Below are positions 30,300 through 37,454 of a stretch of 64,000 nucleotides of DNA, one piece after another. The stretch is from a virus (taxonomy: Duplodnaviria; Caudoviricetes), in the IMG/VR virus record IMGVR_UViG_2747842453_000003, positions 1 to 64,000 of that record, one strand, 5' to 3'. The translations under genes were made by a program, and so were the position numbers. Within the stretch, counting starts at the first letter, position 1; each line of letters opens with the position of its first letter. The notes below the pieces were generated by a model. The model was not told the DNA's origin, made no database searches, and worked only from the letters and a program-made list of their open reading frames with translations.

Positions 30300-30376
30300 T
30301 GGTCGGAGTATAAGGATTCGAACCTTAGACCTCTGCGTCCCAAACGCAGCGCACTACCAGACTGTGCTATACTCCG
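30300..30376 (-). tRNA. tRNA-Pro(TGG)
   Basis: CGGAGTA acceptor, CTGCG-TTTGGGA-CGCAG, GTTCGAATC, CCA. Confidence 0.95.
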
Positions 30377-30382
30377 TATTAA

Positions 30383-30457
30383 TGGCATCCCGTAGGGGAA
30401 TTGAACCCCTCTTTCCAGGTTGAAAACCTAGCGTCCTAACCGATAGACGAACGGGAC
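30383..30457 (-). tRNA. tRNA-Glu(TTC)
   Basis: GTCCCGT acceptor, CTAGG-TTTTCAA-CCTGG, CCA. Confidence 0.92.
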
Positions 30458-30548
30458 AAATAATGTCAAGCAGTTTATGGTCGTGCTTAGGACATTCTGG
30501 GCACCATTTGTTCAATTATTTTAAAAGAGGAACAAAACCCTTTAACTA

Positions 30549-30625
30549 TGGCGCGGTTGACGGGACTCGAACCCGCGACCCTCGGCGTGACAGGCCGATA
30601 CTCTAACCAACTGAGCTACAACCGC
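30549..30625 (-). tRNA. tRNA-Asp(GTC)
   Basis: GCGGTTG acceptor, TCGGC-CTGTCAC-GCCGA, CCA. Confidence 0.95.
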
Positions 30626-30631
30626 TTGTTA

Positions 30632-30874
30632 TTATTCTCCAATATCAAATGACAATTGACGTTCTGCATCTGCCTCTTCTTTGCGTTCTGAAATAATCAT
30701 ATCGACAATTTCATTAAATGATTCATAAAATTGTTCATCGTCTTTCCAGAATGAGCGACACGCAGCATATGCATCAGCATCTACGAAATTCCAGTTGATT
30801 GAATAATCTTCATTGAGGTTTTCTGATTTCTCAACTGCATCACGGATTTCGATTTCAAGCATTGAATGGATCAT
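30632..30874 (-). CDS. Hypothetical protein
   Basis: 80-aa ORF downstream of a TTGACA-17-TATAAA promoter (about 30906-30934). Confidence 0.65.
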   Translation of the reverse strand: MIHSMLEIEIRDAVEKSENLNEDYSINWNFVDADAYAACRSFWKDDEQFYESFNEIVDMIISERKEEADAERQLSFDIGE

Positions 30875-31096
30875 TGTGATTCTCTCTTATCGTTTCTATG
30901 CATATTTTATAGCATGGTAGAAATAGATTGTCAAGAGTTATTTTAAATTATTTGTCTATTTCTAAACATGGAATAAGAATTGACTGCTTACAATTATCTG
31001 GATATGCAATTGCTGAAACAATGATCGGCATACCCAGCATAAAGAAAGAAATAATAATAAAAGATAGTAATAGTTTCATAAGTTATAATCCTAATT

Positions 31097-31180
31097 TGGT
31101 GGGCGACCCTGGAATCGAACCAGGCATGAGTCACCTCGGCGGAGTTACAGTCCGCTGCCGCACCTTGCAGCACGCCGCCC
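31097..31180 (-). tRNA. tRNA-Tyr(GTA)
   Basis: GCGGA-CTGTAAC-TCCGC, long variable arm, A73, CCA. Confidence 0.9.
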
Positions 31181-31191
31181 AACATTTTATG

Positions 31192-31395
31192 TTAGTCTAA
31201 AAATTCAATCATTTTCAGAATACGTGTACGATTCTCTTCATCGCTGACAATGTTCTCCATCATTTCTTCAATGGTAGCGTCCTCAGCATCAATATCGTTT
31301 AACCATCCATCAATATTTAATGGATCGTCTTCCAAATTTTCACGTTCATACACTTCGTCTGCTAATAGTCTTTCTAATGCTTCAAAATCTGTCAT
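31192..31395 (-). CDS. Small acidic hypothetical protein
   Basis: 67-aa ORF between tRNAs. Confidence 0.55.
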   Translation of the reverse strand: MTDFEALERLLADEVYERENLEDDPLNIDGWLNDIDAEDATIEEMMENIVSDEENRTRILKMIEFLD

Positions 31396-31432
31396 TTTAA
31401 TTCATTGCCTATTTTTGTTTCATTTTAATATT

Positions 31433-31523
31433 TGGTAGAAGTGGGTGGATTCGAACCACCTCAAAGGCGCTAATCTGGCGCAAAGAGCATATAAGACTCC
31501 TCTGACTACCAAGTCTCACTTCC
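31433..31523 (-). tRNA. Non-canonical tRNA with TAT anticodon (Ile, AUA-reading)
   Basis: GGAAGTG/CACTTCT acceptor plus ACCA, canonical T-arm GGTGG-TTCGAAT-CCACC, tiny D-arm GACT-TGGT-AGTC, loop CTTATAT, long variable arm. Confidence 0.75.
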
Positions 31524-31530
31524 AATTCGT

Positions 31531-31607
31531 TGGTGCTCCCGGTAGGACTCGAACCTACGACCGACCCGTTATGAGCGGGTGGCTCTAACCAACTGAGCTA
31601 CAGGAGC
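31531..31607 (-). tRNA. tRNA with CAT anticodon, probably Ile2 (lysidine type) rather than Met
   Basis: ACCCG-CTCATAA-CGGGT; G1-C72 (not initiator); C4-G69 and C5-G68 pairs, which are TilS determinants in E. coli tRNA-Ile2. Confidence 0.85.
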
Positions 31608-31620
31608 GTTATTATTAATA

Positions 31621-31800
31621 CTATCGTTCCACTAATGGCGTTGATGAAATATAGTCATGATAGTCACCACTTTCATAATAGTCACGATATGCAGTTTCTT
31701 TTACCATTATTCCGTTCTTCATACGATATGTAACAATTTCTCTACGAATGACACCAGCAGTATCAGCATCAAATGCATTTTTAAATGGTCCCTCTGTCAT
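31621..31800 (-). CDS. Small hypothetical protein (59 aa)
   Basis: MTEGPFKNAFDADTAGVIRREIVTY... with AGGAG RBS; below track cutoff. Confidence 0.6.
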   Translation of the reverse strand: MTEGPFKNAFDADTAGVIRREIVTYRMKNGIMVKETAYRDYYESGDYHDYISSTPLVER

Positions 31801-31823
31801 ATTGTATTCTCCTTAATAATATT

Positions 31824-31910
31824 TGGTACTCGTACCCGGACTTGAACCGGGACGCCTATAAAGGCAACAGATTTTAAGTCTGGCGTGTCTACCGATTCCA
31901 CCATACGAGC
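31824..31910 (-). tRNA. tRNA-Leu(TAA)
   Basis: GCTCGTA acceptor, loop CTTAAAA, long variable arm, CCA. Confidence 0.92.
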
Positions 31911-31919
31911 ATATTTCAA

Positions 31920-32180
31920 TTAGATGATATAATCATCGTGTTCATTTTCCCATTGACTGATGGCATTACGTAATCCCATTGCTAACCAATCGCCACCTGA
32001 CATATCAAGCATTTCGCTCCATTGTTCAACAACTTCATCAATTTGTTCACGTTCCAATTCATCGGGCGAATCTACACCAAAGTGTTCCTGAATTAATCCA
32101 AATGCCCATTCAGTAACTTCACCTTCTAACCAATCAAGCATTTTGTGTGGTCGATGAATTTCAAATTTATCTTCACTCAT
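31920..32180 (-). CDS. Hypothetical protein
   Basis: Start MSEDKFEIHRPH after a GGAGG RBS. Confidence 0.65.
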   Translation of the reverse strand: MSEDKFEIHRPHKMLDWLEGEVTEWAFGLIQEHFGVDSPDELEREQIDEVVEQWSEMLDMSGGDWLAMGLRNAISQWENEHDDYII

Positions 32181-32535
32181 GTTCGCCTCCATTTCCACGT
32201 CCGGTATACTTACGACCAGACTGTAATAATTTGTTTAGTGATCCAGGATTTTTTTCTGCTTGTCGAAAAGTAACTGCAGTAATTGTAATCCCACTAATTA
32301 GAAGAATATGAAACGCTGCACTAATACCAAAAGCAAACATACTACCTACCATTACTGCGAAGATGCCACTCCAAATAAAGAATAGGCATTGAAATACCAT
32401 ATGTCCTACCATTGGATCTAAATTGCGTAGTGGTGATTTTTCAACTGTCATTACACTATCCCACATTTCTTTAGGTAGTGTAAAAAGAGTTGTCAGAGTG
32501 TTTGCCCAGCCAATGGGCTTATTAGAGGGTTTCAT
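32173..32535 (-). CDS. Hypothetical membrane protein
   Basis: Two hydrophobic helices; AGGAG RBS. Confidence 0.7.
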   Translation of the reverse strand: MKPSNKPIGWANTLTTLFTLPKEMWDSVMTVEKSPLRNLDPMVGHMVFQCLFFIWSGIFAVMVGSMFAFGISAAFHILLISGITITAVTFRQAEKNPGSLNKLLQSGRKYTGRGNGGEHE

Positions 32536-32555
32536 TTTCTTCTCCTTATTTAATT

Positions 32556-32632
32556 TGGCGGTCCCTATAGGATTCGAACCTATGACCTACTGCTTAGAAG
32601 GCAGTTGCTCTATCCAGCTGAGCTAAGGAACC
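32556..32632 (-). tRNA. tRNA-Arg(TCT)
   Basis: ACTGC-CTTCTAA-GCAGT, GTTCGAATC, CCA. Confidence 0.95.
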
Positions 32633-32638
32633 ACACTA

Positions 32639-32878
32639 TTAATCTTCTTGCCAATCCCAAAAGGGATCATAAATTTCCATTCCTGTAAAACCTTCTTGTG
32701 TCCAACCACGTGATTCTGCATATGCATGAATAATATCTTTAAGTGTGGTTCCCTTAGGCCAGGATGTATTCGCTTTCCAAGCCAACATATCCATTTCAAC
32801 CATACGTGATTGTTGGCCTTGAGCAGTTCCAGCATTAACCTTGTTTGATTCGTCCCAAACCATTTTTGCATCTGACAT
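32639..32878 (-). CDS. Hypothetical protein
   Basis: 79-aa ORF with AAGGA RBS after the promoter at 32907-32935. Confidence 0.6.
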   Translation of the reverse strand: MSDAKMVWDESNKVNAGTAQGQQSRMVEMDMLAWKANTSWPKGTTLKDIIHAYAESRGWTQEGFTGMEIYDPFWDWQED

Positions 32879-32906
32879 CGTGTGTTCCTTTTTATCTTAT
32901 ATACAA

Positions 32907-32935
32907 GTTATAGCATATTGATTCTAGATTGTCAA
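32907..32935 (-). promoter_or_regulatory. Early sigma70 promoter (GANTC shifted by 3 nt) upstream of the tRNA array
   Basis: TTGACA-17-TATAAC with GAATC in the spacer. Confidence 0.7.
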
Positions 32936-32938
32936 CCT

Positions 32939-33070
32939 TTAATTTCCAAAATAGTTAATTAAATTCCACCATGTATATTCGGTTCCCTGACCAAAGTCCA
33001 TCCAGCCCAATGCAAATACACCGACCATAGCATAGCAAATAAATTCATCAAGTTTTTCACGCTTACTCAT
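32939..33070 (-). CDS. Small hypothetical membrane peptide (43 aa)
   Basis: MSKREKLDEFICYAMVGVFALGWMDFG...; overlaps the upstream stop. Confidence 0.45.
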   Translation of the reverse strand: MSKREKLDEFICYAMVGVFALGWMDFGQGTEYTWWNLINYFGN

Positions 33071-33230
33071 TTGGCGCATACTCTGCTTCAAAGTCAGATA
33101 CGATATCTTTCTTGGCAATCAACATTTGTTCAAGACTACACATTGCAGCAAACTTTTCGTCACTCGCACCTTCGGTAAATGCAATAATTGCATTTTCTAG
33201 AACTTGTATATCGTTTAGAACATCATTCAT
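33063..33230 (-). CDS. Small hypothetical protein (55 aa)
   Basis: MNDVLNDIQVLENAIIAFTEGASDEKFAA... with GAGG RBS, directly after an early promoter. Confidence 0.6.
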   Translation of the reverse strand: MNDVLNDIQVLENAIIAFTEGASDEKFAAMCSLEQMLIAKKDIVSDFEAEYAPNE

Positions 33231-33258
33231 AATAGACCTCTTTTGTTATTACTATTAT

Positions 33259-33287
33259 GTTATACAGTGATTCGTTCTAAATGTCAA
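33259..33287 (-). promoter_or_regulatory. Early sigma70 promoter with GANTC motif in the spacer
   Basis: TTGACA-17-TATAAC; TGATTCG at 33268-33274. Confidence 0.8.
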
Positions 33288-33984
33288 GATATATTTCGTT
33301 TAACCAATCAAAATCATTTATTTTTTGTAAGGCTTCTGGCGAATTACGATAGAATTCACCAAAGTCTTCTCCCATCGTTGCACCAACAGAAATTAATTCC
33401 CAGTGTTCAATGGGTAATGGTGATTTCCAGCGTTCAAGTCTTGATTGTATATCATCAGATGCCACTCCACTTGCTAGTTTAACGCATTCTCTAAACGCAC
33501 CTTTCCATGCATTAAATGGAGTCGTTGCAAATCTAGTTTCATTTGAAGGTTTGTCTATACGATAATATGGATAGCCAAGTTTTGCAACACCAGTTGTTAC
33601 ATCAACTAATTTTGTGGAAGTTTTAACAAAGAATGAATTTCGATTAAATAATTTAACACCACCATATCCTGTAAGTTCACCTGTTGCTGGGTTTAATGCT
33701 CTCCAAACGTGAGTACACTGCGTCTGTGGCACAGTAGGATATACATCTATGCTATCTGATGGTATATATGAAAAATCAAAATCATCAATTATCCAAGCAT
33801 CACCATCAACTACATAAAAGTTTTCAGTAGCACTTTGTTCTGCACACGTTAGATGCGCCTCATATACTCCATCGATATCAGCAGTATTAATAACTCGCTG
33901 ATTCTTTGCAACCTTAGATAATATTCTGTTTAAATTGTTATCTGAATAATCATCATGGTAAGTAAGATAGAATACATCTATCAC
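33277..33984 (-). CDS. Putative glycosyltransferase-like (GT-A) protein
   Basis: FYVVDGDA DxD motif, YGGVKLF, AWKGAFRE. Confidence 0.55.
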   Translation of the reverse strand: MIDVFYLTYHDDYSDNNLNRILSKVAKNQRVINTADIDGVYEAHLTCAEQSATENFYVVDGDAWIIDDFDFSYIPSDSIDVYPTVPQTQCTHVWRALNPATGELTGYGGVKLFNRNSFFVKTSTKLVDVTTGVAKLGYPYYRIDKPSNETRFATTPFNAWKGAFRECVKLASGVASDDIQSRLERWKSPLPIEHWELISVGATMGEDFGEFYRNSPEALQKINDFDWLNEIYLDI

Positions 33985-34316
33985 GCCACTTGTATCTCTG
34001 GTGGTTTGCCATTATCGCTGACGCCTAAAATGCCTTCTGGATCGCCTAGCCAAAAACGAATTGATTCTGTTTCTGATAATCGGAGGTCTTGCCCTTGTGA
34101 CCATCTACCGTGTTGCATAAGAACCCAATCGCCAACTGCAACATCAGTTTGCTCTGGTCCTACTGCATATACTTCTGCCCAGCGTGGTCTAATGCCTCTG
34201 TCACCTGCTTCTGCTGTACTATCATCCAAATGAATAATTCCATTTAGTTTTTTAAATCCTGTATCCATATTAGTAAGAATAATTTTATTTCCAACTGGAG
34301 ATAACGTTTTCATCAT
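33981..34316 (-). CDS. groES: Co-chaperonin GroES-like protein
   Basis: LSPVGNKII...GIIHL...AEVYAVGP...VAVGDWVL...ILGV. Confidence 0.8.
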   Translation of the reverse strand: MMKTLSPVGNKIILTNMDTGFKKLNGIIHLDDSTAEAGDRGIRPRWAEVYAVGPEQTDVAVGDWVLMQHGRWSQGQDLRLSETESIRFWLGDPEGILGVSDNGKPPEIQVA

Positions 34317-34323
34317 TGTTTCC

Positions 34324-34803
34324 TTATTTTGATTTTTTAGATTTATTTTTCTTTAGTTCTTCTGCTTTTACAAAATTGCCATCTGCATCTTCTACCCATT
34401 CATCATCATTATTATATTCTTCGGGTATTGGACCAGGGCTAACATTTTCAAATACTGGTTCTACTTTTGTTTCTTTTTGAGCAGGTGGTGCTGGCTCAGG
34501 TGCTGGCTCAGGTGCTGGCTCAGGTGCTGGCTCTTGCCAATCATCTTCCATTGGAACTTCTTGGTTCTTTGGTTTAGGAGTATCATCTAATTTAATAGAT
34601 GCCTGTTTAACTGCATTTGGATTATTTTGATTATAATGTTCTCTTGCAATTTCATCTGCGGCTTTCATAACCCTACCACCACGGCCTAGTTTGTCACCTC
34701 TTGCATTCGATGATGTATTGCCAACGGTAATATTTTTTTCTTGTTTTGATAGTAATTTTCCAAGGTCTAGTTCCACCCCTCGCATACTTCTATATTTTTT
34801 CAT
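34324..34803 (-). CDS. Hypothetical protein with EPAP repeat
   Basis: 160-codon ORF; NARGDKLGRGG motif. Confidence 0.7.
   Translation of the reverse strand: MKKYRSMRGVELDLGKLLSKQEKNITVGNTSSNARGDKLGRGGRVMKAADEIAREHYNQNNPNAVKQASIKLDDTPKPKNQEVPMEDDWQEPAPEPAPEPAPEPAPPAQKETKVEPVFENVSPGPIPEEYNNDDEWVEDADGNFVKAEELKKNKSKKSK
34487..34533. repeat. 12-bp tandem repeat (ggtgctggctca, about 4 copies) encoding EPAP
   Basis: Directly visible. Confidence 0.9.
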
Positions 34804-34815
34804 TTCTTTGCCTTT

Positions 34816-35382
34816 CTATCTAAGGAATTCTTGCCAATCTAACTCATAGTAAACACTATTTATTCGATGTATACCGATTATGTATAACACATAACTTGCG
34901 ACACTACTGCCACGCCCTACACCCCATACAATGTTATTTTCACGCATAAAATCTACCAGATAAACCATATATTGTAGTAATGGTAGCATATCACGTTTAT
35001 TAAATTCATCAAGTTCTTCTATACATCTATTCTGATTTTCTGTAGGAGTTAATTCTAGTACATAATCAATTATATTTAAGTTCTTATATTTTTCTGGAAT
35101 AAACCAATCTGTTTGAAGTCTACGATCAAAATCTTCAATATCTCCTGTTAATTCTTCTATGGCTGTTATTTCTGGTATGTTAATATAATTACTTGTATTT
35201 GCCTTATTATATTTTTCGAAATCTTCATGCCAGTCAACATATTTTATCTGACTAATATCTTCGCCATTGTATAACATCTCATATAGGTCATGTCTATTAT
35301 ATATAACACGTCCGTATTGATCTTTTAATGAATCAATCTTCAACGATTTTTGGCTGCCAATCATGTATCTTAATAACCTCAC
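34816..35382 (-). CDS. Stand-alone fragment of DNA polymerase III alpha (DnaE-like); true start may be TTG at 35343
   Basis: RCIEEL...YMVYLVDFMRENNIVWGVGRGSSVASYVLYIIGI matches the DnaE G.GRGS..GS...Y.L.I palm-entry region. Confidence 0.75.
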   Translation of the reverse strand: MRLLRYMIGSQKSLKIDSLKDQYGRVIYNRHDLYEMLYNGEDISQIKYVDWHEDFEKYNKANTSNYINIPEITAIEELTGDIEDFDRRLQTDWFIPEKYKNLNIIDYVLELTPTENQNRCIEELDEFNKRDMLPLLQYMVYLVDFMRENNIVWGVGRGSSVASYVLYIIGIHRINSVYYELDWQEFLR

Positions 35383-35998
35383 CTGGGTGATCTACCAATT
35401 CTAACTCACCCAGTATTACTTGTTGTATTTCATCTAATACATTATCATATTCCGGCGGCGTTGTCAAGTCTGTTTCTTCATCAACATCATAATCATGTGT
35501 TTCTGGTGTATTACGGAACCACCACGGTGTTTTATAATAATATTCTTTTTGTCCTACCCAAGTTTCAAGACTCGGCATAGCAGGATAATCTTCATCTGCA
35601 TATGTATAACTCATTACCGGATTTTCAAATTTACTTGTTATCTTTACACTTACAATATCAATGTTACCTTCCGCAATTGCATTTAATTTAGCACTTATTG
35701 TCATCGCAATAATATCACTTGTTGGTAAATATGGAAACATTACGATGTTATTAGATAAATTATCCATATTAATAAGTGCTGATTTATGTGTAAAAACACT
35801 TTGATGTAATATCTCTTCTAAAAAGAATTTTATTTTTAAAAATGCAGCATTGCCCATAGCGAGATCAGATGTGCACCATACAAAATCTATTTCAGCATCA
35901 AAAATTTCTGAATATAGTGATGCTTCTGCTCCTATAAGTGTTGCACTAAATGTTGCTTTAAATGTGGTATAACTATTTACAGTAAAATTATCTGTCAT
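35333..35998 (-). CDS. Hypothetical phage protein
   Basis: 221-aa ORF in a tightly overlapping operon. Confidence 0.65.
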   Translation of the reverse strand: MTDNFTVNSYTTFKATFSATLIGAEASLYSEIFDAEIDFVWCTSDLAMGNAAFLKIKFFLEEILHQSVFTHKSALINMDNLSNNIVMFPYLPTSDIIAMTISAKLNAIAEGNIDIVSVKITSKFENPVMSYTYADEDYPAMPSLETWVGQKEYYYKTPWWFRNTPETHDYDVDEETDLTTPPEYDNVLDEIQQVILGELELVDHPGEVIKIHDWQPKIVED

Positions 35999-36380
35999 TT
36001 TTATAATCTCTATTTAAATTATCTTTTTTCATATTAATGTTGCCATCATACATCCAATATATATTATCCTCATTATTTTTAGATTTATTATCTAATGCAT
36101 GTTCATATGTAAAAAACGACTCAGGTAACATTATAGTTATTTCTTTTAATTTTTCAACTAAATTTATATGACTACTAAAAGTTTCAAAACTTAAAACATT
36201 ATTTCCATTGTCCCACCGAATGTTTTTAAAATTTAATAATGATTCATTATTATTAATCCATTTGTTTTTCATAAATTCGTAAAATCTGGTGACTTCAACA
36301 TCTGACCCATCAATAATAATAGTATGAAATACTTTGATTGGAATATTAGTCGGTGTCGGAATCGTCTGCGTGTTCATCAT
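35988..36380 (-). CDS. Hypothetical protein
   Basis: 130-aa ORF with GGAG RBS. Confidence 0.55.
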   Translation of the reverse strand: MMNTQTIPTPTNIPIKVFHTIIIDGSDVEVTRFYEFMKNKWINNNESLLNFKNIRWDNGNNVLSFETFSSHINLVEKLKEITIMLPESFFTYEHALDNKSKNNEDNIYWMYDGNINMKKDNLNRDYKNDR

Positions 36381-36603
36381 CTTCTCCTACAATTAAAGAT
36401 TCTGGTGTGCGGTCATTAATAATATCAAATCGTTGTCGATCTAATCTGGCAGTTAATTCCATATGCAAATTTTCTAATATACTTTGCAGTTGTTCAACTA
36501 CTCCGTCTAACCCCATTGAGTTTGCCATATTAATCTTTTTGCTGACATCACCCATCTTAGTGTCCAGTTCCTCTTCGGAGAGATTCTTATACTCTTGAAA
36601 CAT
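36346..36603 (-). CDS. Hypothetical protein
   Basis: 85-aa ORF, AAGGA RBS, TAAATA box upstream. Confidence 0.6.
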   Translation of the reverse strand: MFQEYKNLSEEELDTKMGDVSKKINMANSMGLDGVVEQLQSILENLHMELTARLDRQRFDIINDRTPESLIVGEDDEHADDSDTD

Positions 36604-36652
36604 TATATTATATTCCTTATGTCTCTTTCTTATAGTTATTTAGTATAAGAAT

Positions 36653-37009
36653 TTATTTAATGAATTGTTTTAATTCTGGTGCTTTCCATCCTTCTGGCTT
36701 TAATACCTTACCATCTTCTCTTTTAATAACTTTGCCAGTTGTAGGATTAATTTTGGCAAAGTTAGTATTCATTACTTCATTCCATGCTGCTTCTGCATCC
36801 CAGCCAGCAGCACGAATAGCACCGATAGTAACAACCAGAATATCAACTAATGCATCAAGTTGTTCAACATGATCATTCGCTACCACTGCATCTATTAATT
36901 CACCATACTCTTCATCAATTAACCCCAGGTACATTTTGTAATTTTCTGGTGATGATGGTTGGTCACATGCTTCCGCAAATTTATTAATGTCTTCAAATAC
37001 GTTTGTCAT
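36653..37009 (-). CDS. MazG-like/all-alpha NTP pyrophosphohydrolase
   Basis: LIDEEYGEL...LDALVDI...EVMNTNFAK...REDGKVLKP. Confidence 0.8.
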   Translation of the reverse strand: MTNVFEDINKFAEACDQPSSPENYKMYLGLIDEEYGELIDAVVANDHVEQLDALVDILVVTIGAIRAAGWDAEAAWNEVMNTNFAKINPTTGKVIKREDGKVLKPEGWKAPELKQFIK

Positions 37010-37235
37010 ATTCTGCTACTTTCTTTTCTAATTCAATTATGTATTCAGCAGCCTTCCAAGCATAATGCTCAGTGCATCTTGTTTTCCACTCGTTACCTGC
37101 TTGATTTTTTAATGCTACTACCCATTTACTTTGTTTAATTCGTGGCTTGATATTAGGGTAATCTTTATCAATTACATCGTGTTCGTTTTCTTCTAATTCA
37201 AAACTCTGAGTATTCTGTTCTGATGAATCTACCAT
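36993..37235 (-). CDS. Hypothetical protein
   Basis: 80-aa ORF with GAGGA RBS. Confidence 0.55.
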   Translation of the reverse strand: MVDSSEQNTQSFELEENEHDVIDKDYPNIKPRIKQSKWVVALKNQAGNEWKTRCTEHYAWKAAEYIIELEKKVAEYDKRI

Positions 37236-37300
37236 TTGTCCTCATATATTTCTAAATTTAATATAATCATTATACAGTATTTCAAATGATTATGCAACAC

Positions 37301-37441
37301 CTATTTTTGTTTTTTTAAAAAGGCTCTTGCTATTATTCCACTTTTTGTTATTATAATTATACGATCATTTTCATCAAGTACTACATAATATAATACTCTA
37401 TGTCCTGTCTTATTTCTATGTTCTTCTATTCTTGTAGTCAT
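37301..37441 (-). CDS. Small hypothetical protein
   Basis: Likely start MTTRIEE after the putA stop. Confidence 0.45.
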   Translation of the reverse strand: MTTRIEEHRNKTGHRVLYYVVLDENDRIIIITKSGIIARAFLKKQK

Positions 37442-37454
37442 ATTATCTTCACTC

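Noticed and set aside
29991-31200. ORFs 29991-30296, 30193-30423, 30928-31200 and 30994-31185
   Set aside because: They overlap well-formed tRNA genes and have no coding support.
32623-32871. 82-aa minus-strand ORF
   Set aside because: Alternative frame of 32639-32878, lacks an RBS and runs into tRNA-Arg.
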